Shown here in pieces: positions 1-9,500 of a stretch of 64,000 nucleotides of DNA (positions are counted from its first letter, which is position 1; the number at the start of each line of letters is the position of its first letter). The stretch is from Thermoproteota archaeon (GTDB lineage Archaea; Thermoproteota; EX4484-205; JAAOZO01). The notes beneath the pieces are model-generated. The model ran no database searches and was not told the DNA's origin. It was given only the letters and a program-made list of their open reading frames with translations. A program made the translations under genes and the position numbers. Where the stretch lies: positions 563 through 64,562 of the forward strand of contig JBGOYZ010000001.1 of NCBI GenBank assembly GCA_041479945.1, given 5' to 3'.

Positions 1-96
1 GTTCAGTGTTTCTGATAACTATACCCGTTGTTCACTTCGGAGCCAACTACCTCGCCTACAAATCGGGTCTCAAGAGGGTTCCTTGGTGACGCTCTG

Positions 97-522
97 TCAC
101 TTCCAGGATCCTATGAGGTACAGCAAGAACGTGGCGACCGCGACTATCGTGATTGCGATCATCGATGTGATGGTAGAAGGTCTTCCTCCTCTTGATGCCG
201 TGTACAACCAGTAGATGCCTCCTATGCCAAGCAAGTACATGACGCCAACAATGAACCCTTCTAAGGTGCCTTCGTCCAGCGGATCCTGTCTCACGAATGT
301 AGCTGAAAACGAGTTGCTGGCTTGAAACAACATGTTCGGCCTGTAGACAAGGACGAAGGGTCCTCCTGCAAGCAGGAAAGACATGAGGAAGACCAGCCCA
401 AACAGTATCAGTAGACCGCTCGACCTTTCCATGCGCCCTATACTTCCACCTTCCTCGCTCAGACTGTCGAACACACGATTCAGTAGGTCATCAATGACGT
501 AGAACAGGTCCTTCAGCCCCAT
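97..522 (-). CDS. Hypothetical membrane protein (multi-TM, hydrophobic)
   Basis: 141-aa ORF with several hydrophobic helices (LILFGLVFLMSFLLAGG..., IAITIVAVATFLLYLIG). No recognisable family. Confidence 0.35.
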   Translation of the reverse strand: MGLKDLFYVIDDLLNRVFDSLSEEGGSIGRMERSSGLLILFGLVFLMSFLLAGGPFVLVYRPNMLFQASNSFSATFVRQDPLDEGTLEGFIVGVMYLLGIGGIYWLYTASRGGRPSTITSMIAITIVAVATFLLYLIGSWK

Positions 523-627
523 CGGTTAAGGAAGTTCATCTTGCCGTATTTAAGTCTGCCCGGCACACATGAGAGCAGACATCACAAGTTTGCTAAGATA
601 TGTTTAAAACGCTGGAAAAGACGGACG

Positions 628-3243
628 ATGAGCGCCAGCATGTCAGGCTCTCTCGCATCAGCATCAGGCTTTGTTCGAGCGATATATGGGAAGAGACCCA
701 AGGTCGATGCGAGCGACTTCCTGAACTTTGCGCTTCTCATCACCGCAGTGTCCTTGGCGTTGACCATTAGACTACTCAGCTTCCGCTACGGCTTCTATCT
801 CTCGGAGTTCGACCCCTATTGGCACTATAGAAGTGCCCAGTACATCGCTGACAACGGTATCGTTCCATTTCTCCTCTGGCGGGATACTATGAGCTGGGTT
901 CCGGGGGGGAGGGCCGTGGCCGCTTCCACTCCCATTGGGTTGCCGCTCTTCGCGGCCTCTTTCGAGTTCTTCCTGAAGCTGATCGGGATAAGCATAGATC
1001 TGATGAGCTTGACCATACTGATACCACCGATCTCGGGCATATTCGCCGCGCTTTCAGTTTACTACTTTGCCAAGGAACTAGCCTCCAGAGAGGCCGGGAT
1101 CGTCTCGGCGATACTGATCGCGTTCAACGGGAGTAACATCGAGAGGACCGACCTTGGCTTCTTCAAACACGAAACACTAGGTATACCGCTTATCGTGCTT
1201 ACGCTTCTCTTCTTCATCAAGGCCGTGAAGGCGGACGACGAGAAGCGCATTTGGCTGTTCTCGATATTGTCAGGGCTTTCGTTAGGGTACTTGGCCATAA
1301 CTTGGACTGGATACGTGTACATGGTGGGACTGATTGCGCTGGTTACGGTTGCCTTAACGTTGTTCTCGTTGGTTGATCCCTCCAAGATGCTTGTCGTCTT
1401 CTCGATTGTGCAAGGTATTTTCTTGACCATGGGGTCGGTATTCCCTAGGAGCCAGAGTGAAATGCTCTCCATCAACTTGGCGATATCCCTTGCTGCGTTC
1501 GGTTCGATACTTCTGAAACGAGAAATGGACAAGACGCGTTCGATCAAGGCCAAGATCTCACTCATAGCTGGTGCGTTTGCCATAGCTGGGTTGCTTGTGC
1601 TGGTCGGTGTCCAAGTCGGGTTCCTCTCGGCACTCTACGGCAAACTGGCAGCGATCCTGAACCCTGCCCTTAGAGCTGAGCAGGCGATAGTAGAGTCGGT
1701 GTCAGAGCACAAGATGTCAACATGGTTCACCCTATTCAACGATCACGGACCTCTGCTGTTGCTTTTTGGTTTCTGTCTGGTATCGAGCGTGATGTCCTTG
1801 ACCGTTGACAATATCTTCATACTGCTCGCTGGAGGTACGTCTTTGTATTTCTCGACCATGATGGTCAGGCTGGGGCTGATCTTCTCTCCGTTCAGTTGCT
1901 CCCTCAGCGCTGTCGGAGGGCAGAGGCTCATAGCTGGAGTCTTCCCTGAGAGTGTTGAGGCAGCGTCGGCAGACATGCGCCGTGCGAAGAAAAGGACGGG
2001 GGCTCTGGGCTTCTCTTGGGTCGCGCTCTCTGTGCTCCTTGTCGCCGGACTGCTAGCTCCTTCTGTGGTTTCAGGACTGGCACATGCAGGCGCGCCGGTC
2101 ACCCTTGCTGGGGCAACTCTTCCCTTCTCGGGTTCGTGGCCTGATTGGCCTGAGGCTCTCGCATGGATGCGCGAGAATACGCCGCCCGGGAGTGTGGTTA
2201 TGTCTTGGTGGGACTACGGGTACTGGATCACGACGCTGGGTGATAGACCCACGATAATTGACAACGCCACGATAAACTCGACACAAGTTGCCATGGTCGG
2301 AAGGGCCTTCATCTCCAATGACTCAGTGTCTCTACCCATCATGAAGAGGCTCAATGTCTCCTATGTGGTGGTGTTCTCTGATCTCGGGTTGGAATACGGT
2401 TACAGAAACTACTACAACAGCTCGATAGGGTACTGGGGAGACGAAGTGAAATGGATATGGATGGCCGAAATAGGCTACTCCTTGAGGACGGAACCGTCAC
2501 ACAACGCAACGTACTTTGCGTTTGGAGACATAATTCCAACAGGTGACGGCCATTTCAAAGCCGGCAACTTCACAAGCCAGTTGGTCACCAAGAGCTTGAT
2601 CGCTTCGTCCAGTGGTTATCCCAACATAGTCCTGCCGAAGCCAGATTTCGTGCTGACCAAACTGCTGATTCTGGGATCATATGGTGCAATTTCGGGGCTG
2701 ATAAGCGATGACCCGCACTTCACACTTGCGTTCAGATCGTCAGATCGCTTGGTCATGATCTTCAAAGTGAACTACGATATCGAAAAGCAGATGTACTCCA
2801 CCCTGACTGCCTCCTCCACCGACAACGATACGAGCAAGTGGACATTGACCGACAGCGACGGTTTCTGGGCTGGCTCACGAGTGACGTTCACGATAGCAGA
2901 CGCGAAGAATACAACCGGCTCTTACAGCGTCAATGACACCTCCTTCAGTCTGGGGTCCGCGTACTACATCGAGATCTTGGATAGCAAAGGACAAGTGGTG
3001 TCAAGCATAGTACCTACGGTCGGCACCACCACCCTGGACATCAGCGCCAACAAGATACTCTTATCGGGTGAGGGTGGGCGAGAAACCGAGATCCCCGTGA
3101 ACTTCACCGGGACGCTCAGGCTCTCGTTCAGAGTGCAGGCCGACAAGCCACCGACAGGCGTCTCAGCCACGATTGTAAGGGCTGCCACTGCTCGGTTGGT
3201 GATAACCTCAATAAAGATCGGCTTAACTCCACCGCCAAGCTAG
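628..3243 (+). CDS. aglB: Archaeal oligosaccharyltransferase AglB (STT3 homologue)
   Basis: 900-aa ORF with ~13 N-terminal TM helices and a large C-terminal soluble domain. The diagnostic WWDYGYWIT (WWDYG) motif is present. The track start at 541 is TTG; the first in-frame ATG is 628, about 20 nt downstream of the TTTAAAA box at 604-610, so a leaderless start at 628 or 640 is likely. Confidence 0.85.
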   Translation: MSASMSGSLASASGFVRAIYGKRPKVDASDFLNFALLITAVSLALTIRLLSFRYGFYLSEFDPYWHYRSAQYIADNGIVPFLLWRDTMSWVPGGRAVAASTPIGLPLFAASFEFFLKLIGISIDLMSLTILIPPISGIFAALSVYYFAKELASREAGIVSAILIAFNGSNIERTDLGFFKHETLGIPLIVLTLLFFIKAVKADDEKRIWLFSILSGLSLGYLAITWTGYVYMVGLIALVTVALTLFSLVDPSKMLVVFSIVQGIFLTMGSVFPRSQSEMLSINLAISLAAFGSILLKREMDKTRSIKAKISLIAGAFAIAGLLVLVGVQVGFLSALYGKLAAILNPALRAEQAIVESVSEHKMSTWFTLFNDHGPLLLLFGFCLVSSVMSLTVDNIFILLAGGTSLYFSTMMVRLGLIFSPFSCSLSAVGGQRLIAGVFPESVEAASADMRRAKKRTGALGFSWVALSVLLVAGLLAPSVVSGLAHAGAPVTLAGATLPFSGSWPDWPEALAWMRENTPPGSVVMSWWDYGYWITTLGDRPTIIDNATINSTQVAMVGRAFISNDSVSLPIMKRLNVSYVVVFSDLGLEYGYRNYYNSSIGYWGDEVKWIWMAEIGYSLRTEPSHNATYFAFGDIIPTGDGHFKAGNFTSQLVTKSLIASSSGYPNIVLPKPDFVLTKLLILGSYGAISGLISDDPHFTLAFRSSDRLVMIFKVNYDIEKQMYSTLTASSTDNDTSKWTLTDSDGFWAGSRVTFTIADAKNTTGSYSVNDTSFSLGSAYYIEILDSKGQVVSSIVPTVGTTTLDISANKILLSGEGGRETEIPVNFTGTLRLSFRVQADKPPTGVSATIVRAATARLVITSIKIGLTPPPS

Positions 3244-3255
3244 CGGAGATAGTCT

Positions 3256-4068
3256 CTATCCTAAGTAGTCTGGCCCTTCTGTTCCTCTGCCCTGCAGGAG
3301 GGAAGAGAAACGTTGATCCTCCTCAAGCCTGCGTAGCCCCTTCTGGTACTGTTCCTGCAATTCTCTCCACCTGTCAGTCTCGGCCTCGAACTTGGAGAAG
3401 TTCAAGCCCAACTTCAGCAGCGTGTCAACGTTCACGAGGACGTGTTTGGCCGCTTCTAGGTCGGGACCCTCGCTGTTCGTCAGCCCGAGTACGCCTACGC
3501 CTTGCAGTCCAAGCAATCTGCTCAAACCGAGTGCTATTCCGGCTGCACCTACTATGGGAGTTCCAGCGGGGGCCATCGTGAATCCGTCGGTCTTGAGTTG
3601 TGCTGCCATTCGGGCGTCCGATGTGAAGACGTAGGTCCTCAGGTTTTCACGCGGTGGTTCCATGTGGCCGCCGACCGTGATGACCTTGGTTCCGCCAACT
3701 TTCTTGAAGAAAGACAACAACACTCGACACGTTTCATACTCTCCTCCCATCATCTCTTGATGTTGTTCGCCTAGGGCCAAGACCAGATCCCCGTCTGGCC
3801 TGGGCTTCAGATACAAACGCACTGCTGTTAGCCGTGCGATCCCATCCTTTCCAACGACTGCTTGAGAGCTGAAATACGGTGATGTCACGATGCCGATCTG
3901 CTTTGCGGACAATTCCCTGACCAAGAACCGCAAGACAACCTCGCCGATCCTTCCCAACCCCGGATACCCAGATATCAAAGTGGGTCTGGATACAACCCAG
4001 TTCTTCCTAATCCATATCCTTGGGTGTGTGAAATAGTACACGTTGGGATCTATCCCGCCTGAGAACAT
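3256..4068 (-). CDS. PAC2-family (proteasome assembly chaperone-like) protein
   Basis: GYPGLGRIGEVV resembles the PAC2-family G-x-P-G-x-G motif. Size and composition fit archaeal PAC2 proteins. The track start at 4128 is GTG and would overlap the Nop10 start; ATG at 4068 (M21) sits behind a TTAAAT box and is preferred. Confidence 0.5.
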   Translation of the reverse strand: MFSGGIDPNVYYFTHPRIWIRKNWVVSRPTLISGYPGLGRIGEVVLRFLVRELSAKQIGIVTSPYFSSQAVVGKDGIARLTAVRLYLKPRPDGDLVLALGEQHQEMMGGEYETCRVLLSFFKKVGGTKVITVGGHMEPPRENLRTYVFTSDARMAAQLKTDGFTMAPAGTPIVGAAGIALGLSRLLGLQGVGVLGLTNSEGPDLEAAKHVLVNVDTLLKLGLNFSKFEAETDRWRELQEQYQKGLRRLEEDQRFSSLLQGRGTEGPDYLG

Positions 4069-4114
4069 GAAACTCGCAAATCGATTTAAGGAGACATAAT
4101 TAAGGTTGTCCGCC

Positions 4115-4279
4115 ATGAAACGCTGCACTGTTTGTCTGAGTTACACCCTCAACGAGGACAAGTGCCCAAAATGCGGGGGGGTGTTAGGGGACCCTTCGCC
4201 GCCGAAATTCGCACTACAGGATCCTCACTACTCGATCAAGTTGGAGGCCTATCTCAGGAGTCCAAGGCTGCACAGCTAG
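4115..4279 (+). CDS. nop10: H/ACA ribonucleoprotein subunit Nop10
   Basis: 54-aa ORF below the track's length cut-off, translated by hand: [54 protein letters not shown]. The C-x2-C...C-P-x-C-G zinc ribbon plus the P-x-F-x-x-D-P-Y tail are the Nop10 signature. It lies next to aIF2alpha as in the conserved L44e-S27e-aIF2a-Nop10 neighbourhood, but on the opposite strand. Confidence 0.8.
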   Translation: MKRCTVCLSYTLNEDKCPKCGGVLGDPSPPKFALQDPHYSIKLEAYLRSPRLHS

Positions 4280-5034
4280 ACTTTCACGTTGCCACCCATC
4301 GCCTTTACGTCGGACGCTATCTTCTCTAGCACTTCTTCCGCGACGGCTTTGGCTTCTTTCGGTCGCTTGCTCTCTACTATGATTTCGTACCTAGGGGACG
4401 ATATGGTTCTGATGGTGATGCTCGATCGAGTCTTCTTGTCGTCCACGTACTTCTTCCCCAAGATCCTCAGTTTCTCGGCCCCGTCCGGACCCGTGAAGTA
4501 GATCTCGATGTGACGCTTCTCTCTGTACCTCTTCTTCAACAGTTCGGACTCAAGCTGTCGCTTGAGAGCCGCGCTGACTTGGGACGACACCCGGAGCTTG
4601 GTCAGCGCCTTGTCACCGGATTCCAGTATCGCTCTGAAGGCCAGACTCAGGGACCCGAATTTCTCGACGGCTCGGCTTTCGATCTCCTCCTCCGCTGACG
4701 GCGGGAGGCCCGTCTCTCCGATTATTCCTCTGAGTATTGCCCTAGCACTTCTCTCATCTTTGCCCGCGCGCAACCTGCTCCTTGCTTCGGATCCTGAGAT
4801 GCCCTTCAGAGAGACGAACAACCTCTTGGCGGCCTTGTCCTCTTTCAATGGTTTGACCACAACGACTTGGTTCTTCCTGATCACGTCGGTCAGCTTCTGC
4901 TCCCTTTTCAGCCGAACCTCCGAGACATGTAGGAAGAGTTCACCCTCGTAGTCTTCGGAGCGCAGAATTGCCCCGAATTCACCTAGCTCGGTGACTTCAG
5001 CCACAAGGAGTTCCCCGTCGAGACGTCCGCTCAT
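4276..5034 (-). CDS. eif2a: Translation initiation factor 2 subunit alpha (aIF2alpha)
   Basis: N-terminal S1 domain ([18 protein letters not shown]...[11 protein letters not shown]) followed by a helical domain and a C-terminal alpha/beta domain, 252 aa. Conserved position next to S27e and L44e. Confidence 0.85.
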   Translation of the reverse strand: MSGRLDGELLVAEVTELGEFGAILRSEDYEGELFLHVSEVRLKREQKLTDVIRKNQVVVVKPLKEDKAAKRLFVSLKGISGSEARSRLRAGKDERSARAILRGIIGETGLPPSAEEEIESRAVEKFGSLSLAFRAILESGDKALTKLRVSSQVSAALKRQLESELLKKRYREKRHIEIYFTGPDGAEKLRILGKKYVDDKKTRSSITIRTISSPRYEIIVESKRPKEAKAVAEEVLEKIASDVKAMGGNVKV

Positions 5035-5234
5035 TCAAGCTTACGGACTAGTTCCCCGTCTATTAACTTTCCCTTTCCTCCCGTGGGTTTCTGCAGTACG
5101 GCGTTGCACGAGTTGCATCTGACCTCGATTGCCGGGTTGCTGAACACGGACTGCTCATTTCCGCACATCTTGCACTTGATGATCCCAAAGGAGCTCTTGG
5201 ACGTCCTCACTGTTCGGCGCGTGTTTTCACTCAC
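5031..5234 (-). CDS. rps27e: Ribosomal protein S27e
   Basis: C4 zinc finger [37 protein letters not shown] matches S27e. The track start at 5294 is too long; GTG at 5234-5232 overlaps the L44e stop as GTGA and is the likely start. Confidence 0.8.
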   Translation of the reverse strand: MSENTRRTVRTSKSSFGIIKCKMCGNEQSVFSNPAIEVRCNSCNAVLQKPTGGKGKLIDGELVRKLE

Positions 5235-5515
5235 GCAGCCTTCACCTCTAGTTTCTTCAACCTGATGCCTTCCCTGATCACGAAAGTACCGCACGTCTTA
5301 CACTTCAATCTGAGGCTCTGTTTCTTGGTGGTCTTGGCGATGTTTCTTATCAGTGGCGCCTTGGATCCTCCGTACCCGTGCCTATCCACTCTCTCGTGAT
5401 GTCTTTCTCCCTTAGCCATCGCTCTTCTCTTTCCTGCTTTGTATAACGAAACGGAATGGATGGTATACTTGTCGCATTTGGGACAATAGGTCCTTATCTC
5501 AGGCGGTATTCTCAC
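5231..5515 (-). CDS. rpl44e: Ribosomal protein L44e
   Basis: [12 protein letters not shown]...[18 protein letters not shown]: zinc-ribbon L44e, 94 aa. Confidence 0.9.
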   Translation of the reverse strand: MRIPPEIRTYCPKCDKYTIHSVSLYKAGKRRAMAKGERHHERVDRHGYGGSKAPLIRNIAKTTKKQSLRLKCKTCGTFVIREGIRLKKLEVKAA

Positions 5516-5529
5516 TTCAGTTCACCAGG

Positions 5530-6084
5530 CTAATGTGGCGAGACTCTCGAGGCTAGGCCCTGACTTATAAGAATTTCCGCGTATTTTTTCGGCAACACGA
5601 CGATTTCTCGTTGATGGTAGGGTCCGTGCTTCCTTCCCCATTCGTCCACAAACTGATCCACTTTGGCAGCTTTCGTCACTATGATTTCCTCGGCTGCCCA
5701 CGCTCTGAACGGAGTCTGAACGGTCGCGGTATGTCCCCTCTCCAACCCCTCTAGGGTGTCCTGCACTATCTTTTTGGTCTCTGTTACCGGAACAAGAATA
5801 TGCCGATCTGGCGCGCTGTATACCCTCCCATCCTCTGGTTCCCTGAGAAGTGTCTTGAGTATTCTGCAGTATACTATGTCGGTGGATATGAATTTGACGA
5901 GTTCCATCTCCGTCGTCCGCAGTTTCCCCGTCGATCCGGAACGGTCTCTTCCATAGTTTGATTCCCTTGCCTTCCTCAATGCCGACCTGATCTTGTCCAT
6001 CGAATCGGAAGGCAGATCGGTCAGATCCTCGCTCTCCCTCTCCTTTCTCCAAGCTTTCACTAGCTCCTCGGCCGCTTCAGCCAA
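5530..6084 (-). CDS. Probable GINS subunit (Gins51/Gins15-like)
   Basis: 184-aa acidic helical protein immediately upstream of priS. gins15-priS is a conserved archaeal pair. The assignment is mainly by context and size. Confidence 0.4.
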   Translation of the reverse strand: MAEAAEELVKAWRKERESEDLTDLPSDSMDKIRSALRKARESNYGRDRSGSTGKLRTTEMELVKFISTDIVYCRILKTLLREPEDGRVYSAPDRHILVPVTETKKIVQDTLEGLERGHTATVQTPFRAWAAEEIIVTKAAKVDQFVDEWGRKHGPYHQREIVVLPKKYAEILISQGLASRVSPH

Positions 6085-7273
6085 CAGAAGCCACCCCCTT
6101 CAGGATGAGATACGCCGCTATGTATCTCGGAACGCTCGCGGTTTCGTTTGAAAACGGTCCAACTTTGCGGTCTCCGATCTCCACCTCGGGGGCAAATGAC
6201 ACAGAAACCTGAACCTCCGACCGTCCGTACTCGGGTATCAGAGACAAGACATTTGCATCGATCTTGTCCAATGGCACTCGTTGCTTTGGAAGCCCGCTCT
6301 TGCTATTAAGAGTTCCAGGCATTCTGAATACCCTGTGGATGTCCATCGTCACCGAGGGATCCACAACAATGGCTGCTCTCTGCCAAGCCCGTCTCAACAG
6401 TTTTCTTGCCCTCTTGATGCCCAGCAAGACAACGATGTCTTCGATTTTCCCCTTGTTGAGGGCTAGGAGAATCCTCTGCTTATTGTCTTTCAAGAGGGAC
6501 ACGCCGTCATCCTCTAAGATGTCGCCATGTTGGCTTGCGTTGTTTGCGACGTCTAGGATCTCCTCCTGCAGCCTCCTGCCAATCCCCCCCGCTCTTATGG
6601 TTCTCAAGTTGGCAGACTTGCCAGGCGAGTAACTGTCCATAGCTCCTTCAAGGGACAAGTAGCTCGTAATCTCCCTTCTTGCATCCGGCCCAAGTTCACC
6701 GATTGCCTTTGAAGTCACATATACATGGAATCCCATGTGACCGCTGAAGTAGACAGCGATGTCCTTTTCCTCTATTCCTAACTCCTCGATTAGAGCCGAA
6801 TGTAATCTCTTCGCCTGGTGGGCGGTGGACGCAATGCACCTGAAGCTCATGAACTCGACCGTACGACTCTCTTCCGAGCAGTTCGGACACTTCTTCTTGT
6901 TTCCCCTTCTGTGTGACCCACACTTCGGGCATACCGAGTAGGTCATCTCTTCAACGCAGTCTGGCTGCACATCCTTGGCATCAACATCGAAGGCAAGATC
7001 GGCCCACAGCGCACTCTTGTGTTCCATAGGCTTCTCTGGAAACTCATACACAGCACAGGAGTGATACGCATCCGCAGGAGTGTTGTTGAGAACGTACTCT
7101 CTCACATCAGTCAGGGATCTAAAGCTCATATGTCTGACCATTGCTCTGTCCGGCCAGACGGCGAACCCTATCTCCCTACTGTTCACTGGGGGCGGAACGT
7201 ACACCGCCTCGGAATGGTTTGAGTAGTACTCCGCGAAGACCGAACGTAAGAAGCGGATGTCCTGCTCTTTCAT
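6077..7273 (-). CDS. priS: DNA primase small (catalytic) subunit PriS
   Basis: AFDVDAKD catalytic acidic motif, FSGHMGFHVYV primase motif, and zinc knuckle CPKCGSHRRGNKKKCPNCS. 398 aa. Confidence 0.85.
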   Translation of the reverse strand: MKEQDIRFLRSVFAEYYSNHSEAVYVPPPVNSREIGFAVWPDRAMVRHMSFRSLTDVREYVLNNTPADAYHSCAVYEFPEKPMEHKSALWADLAFDVDAKDVQPDCVEEMTYSVCPKCGSHRRGNKKKCPNCSEESRTVEFMSFRCIASTAHQAKRLHSALIEELGIEEKDIAVYFSGHMGFHVYVTSKAIGELGPDARREITSYLSLEGAMDSYSPGKSANLRTIRAGGIGRRLQEEILDVANNASQHGDILEDDGVSLLKDNKQRILLALNKGKIEDIVVLLGIKRARKLLRRAWQRAAIVVDPSVTMDIHRVFRMPGTLNSKSGLPKQRVPLDKIDANVLSLIPEYGRSEVQVSVSFAPEVEIGDRKVGPFSNETASVPRYIAAYLILKGVASVG

Positions 7274-8271
7274 GTTGTTCGCCTGTACTTGAGCGGATGT
7301 CTTATGTGATCACACCATTTGTCGGGGAAACACAGGCCATACATCTTCATCGTCGCACATGACGGAGGTGAGTACTTCTTTCCCTTCCCCCTTCTTCCGG
7401 TGATGTGTTCCAGCTGGTATTTCGCTATTCGCTCGTTGAAATCTGGACTATGCCTAAGTAGAGACATCATCTCTTCCTCCGTCCATCCAATTGCCGCCAG
7501 ATAGGATACAAGTGTCCTTCTCTCGACGTGAGAGAGGTTCTCGCCTTTCGTCATCCTTTGCGTAAGCCTGTTCATGCACGGAGGTATGTCACGCGGTTCG
7601 AGGCGGACTTCCGGCTGGATTGCGGCCTTGTATTCCCTCCAAACGTCAGCTAGCTCGGTCCTTTTCTCGACTAGTAGAGTCGGAAGTTTGATGCCGCTAA
7701 CGTCCGCTCTCGTTCTCTCCAGGATGGTTCTCTTGATCTTCTCTTCGAGGATCCTGGCAAACTCGTGATCCGTCACGAGAACTTCTCCTCTGTCGACTGT
7801 CCTGTTTGCCAGCCTCCATTTCTCTCCCCACAATTGTGGGGAGAAGGCTAGGTAATCTACCAACCGAATGGTCAGCAAGTTCTGCTCATCCTCCCTCGTC
7901 GCGACCCTGAAATGGAATTCGAGCTCATCTGCAATGCGGTGAATGTCTGCACTGTCCTGTGCCATCAGCTCCGAACAGCGCTTAGCCTCAGCGGTTGCGT
8001 ACATGTTCCTAAGCATGTCGTCATTTATGAGAGCAACCAACATGACAGCCACAGGGAACGACACAACCTCGGTGTCGTAGCGGATCATGTTCTGCGTGTC
8101 AAACGGTACCTTCTTGCGCCTGATGGCTTGATAGACTCTCTGGAACCCCCTCTCTATCGCTTCGCGGTTCTCTGACTCCGGCAATTCGGCAAGGTTCAGG
8201 TCAAAATGCTGACCTACAAACTCCCTTGCCTCACGGACAAAGGGGTACTTCGCCATGAAGAAGGGGTTCAA
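7270..8271 (-). CDS. priL: DNA primase large subunit PriL
   Basis: 333 aa with a C-terminal Fe-S cysteine cluster (CMNRL...CATMKMYGLCFPDKWCD). Overlaps priS by 4 nt. Confidence 0.8.
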   Translation of the reverse strand: MNPFFMAKYPFVREAREFVGQHFDLNLAELPESENREAIERGFQRVYQAIRRKKVPFDTQNMIRYDTEVVSFPVAVMLVALINDDMLRNMYATAEAKRCSELMAQDSADIHRIADELEFHFRVATREDEQNLLTIRLVDYLAFSPQLWGEKWRLANRTVDRGEVLVTDHEFARILEEKIKRTILERTRADVSGIKLPTLLVEKRTELADVWREYKAAIQPEVRLEPRDIPPCMNRLTQRMTKGENLSHVERRTLVSYLAAIGWTEEEMMSLLRHSPDFNERIAKYQLEHITGRRGKGKKYSPPSCATMKMYGLCFPDKWCDHIRHPLKYRRTT

Positions 8272-8340
8272 TTGCTTCGCTGCTGGTTTTCGGTTGGTTG
8301 GAGCTTAAATTAATATGTGACACCACCATATGGCGCTCGA

Positions 8341-9105
8341 ATGTCAGAAGAGACCGTATCTTACGCGAAAATAACCGTGAAGGATGCTTCCCTTCTCTAT
8401 GACTCAATAAAAGCGGCTTCAGCCGTTACAGACGAGGTTCCTATCAAGGTGACTCCGGATGGCATATCACTCAGGGCGCTTGATCTCTCCGAGGTTTCCA
8501 TGGTAGACATAACCATTCCACCTGCGGCTACGGCAGAATTCAAGGTCGATAAGCCAGATACCTACGTTGTAAAGGCCGCGGAGATGATGAAATTCCTCAG
8601 GCTAGTCGGCAACGACGCAGTTAGCCTCGACTTCAGGCGGGGTACCTTGGTGATGGCGTCTGAGGCCGAAGTCATGAGAAAAGCAGACCTCGCGGTGTTC
8701 AAGCCAGAAGGGAGGGAACTCCCCCTGCCCAAGATAAGCTACACCTCCAATTTCAAGGCCGATATCAAGTACCTGAGACAGATAGTCGATCTTGGCAAAG
8801 GGGTGACCGACAGAATAGAGCTGTCAGTTGTTGGCAAGGATCTGAAGCTCATCGCTCGATCGGAGGAGAAAAGATCCCTAGAGGTCACGCTGATGCACGA
8901 GAAAGGGTCTCTCGGGGACTCAACCCTAGAAGATGGAGTATCGTCTAGGTATGATATCGGAAGGCTCTCCTTGCTGATAGCCTCGTTCCAGCCCAAGGCG
9001 GAAGTTACTTTCTACTTTGGCAAGGACCTCCCACTGAAAATCGTGGCGGAGGTACGCGAGGGCGTGATTCTGAACTACTACCTGGCTTCACTGATGGAGA
9101 GCTAG
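8341..9105 (+). CDS. pcn: DNA polymerase sliding clamp PCNA
   Basis: About 254 aa with PCNA-like two-domain beta-rich composition. The track start at 8317 is GTG; ATG at 8341 lies about 30 nt downstream of the TTAAATTAATA box. Sits in the primase/TFS neighbourhood typical of archaea. Confidence 0.8.
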   Translation: MSEETVSYAKITVKDASLLYDSIKAASAVTDEVPIKVTPDGISLRALDLSEVSMVDITIPPAATAEFKVDKPDTYVVKAAEMMKFLRLVGNDAVSLDFRRGTLVMASEAEVMRKADLAVFKPEGRELPLPKISYTSNFKADIKYLRQIVDLGKGVTDRIELSVVGKDLKLIARSEEKRSLEVTLMHEKGSLGDSTLEDGVSSRYDIGRLSLLIASFQPKAEVTFYFGKDLPLKIVAEVREGVILNYYLASLMES

Positions 9106-9115
9106 CACATCTGAC

Positions 9116-9451
9116 CTAGCTGTATATTCTCCACGTGTGACCGCACTTCGTACAACGAAAGAACTGCGTAGGGGATTCATCCGCACCTCTGGTCTGTATG
9201 AGCCACCAATACGCCTTGGTGTTTCCACAGGCAGGGCACACCGCGTCGCTGGTCGGCATGGGTTTCAGGCTCTCACTGGCCTCTCCTACAATCCGTACTG
9301 CCACTTTTCTCTTGCCCTTGACCACAGGGATCTTTACGTCCTTTGTTGCTTCCTTGTACTTACATTTCGGACATATGAACTGAGGGCGCTTGGCCGAACG
9401 ATCTTGAGTCATCTTAGTGCCGCATTTTGGGCAGAACTTGATGACCCCCAT
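9116..9451 (-). CDS. tfs: Transcription factor S (TFS, RNAP subunit M-like)
   Basis: N-terminal CPKCG...CPKC zinc ribbon. C-terminal TFIIS-type ribbon CPACGNTKAYWWLIQTRGADESPTQFFRCTKCGHTWR. Confidence 0.85.
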   Translation of the reverse strand: MGVIKFCPKCGTKMTQDRSAKRPQFICPKCKYKEATKDVKIPVVKGKRKVAVRIVGEASESLKPMPTSDAVCPACGNTKAYWWLIQTRGADESPTQFFRCTKCGHTWRIYS

Positions 9452-9500
9452 CGTCCAGAAACCGAGTGTGGGCAGGACGGACGCTAATAAAGCTTAGTCA

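Noticed and set aside
4132-4329. ORF 4132..4329(+) 65 aa
   Set aside because: It is the wrong frame of the region. The Nop10 frame (4115..4279) gives a clear family match while this frame gives none.
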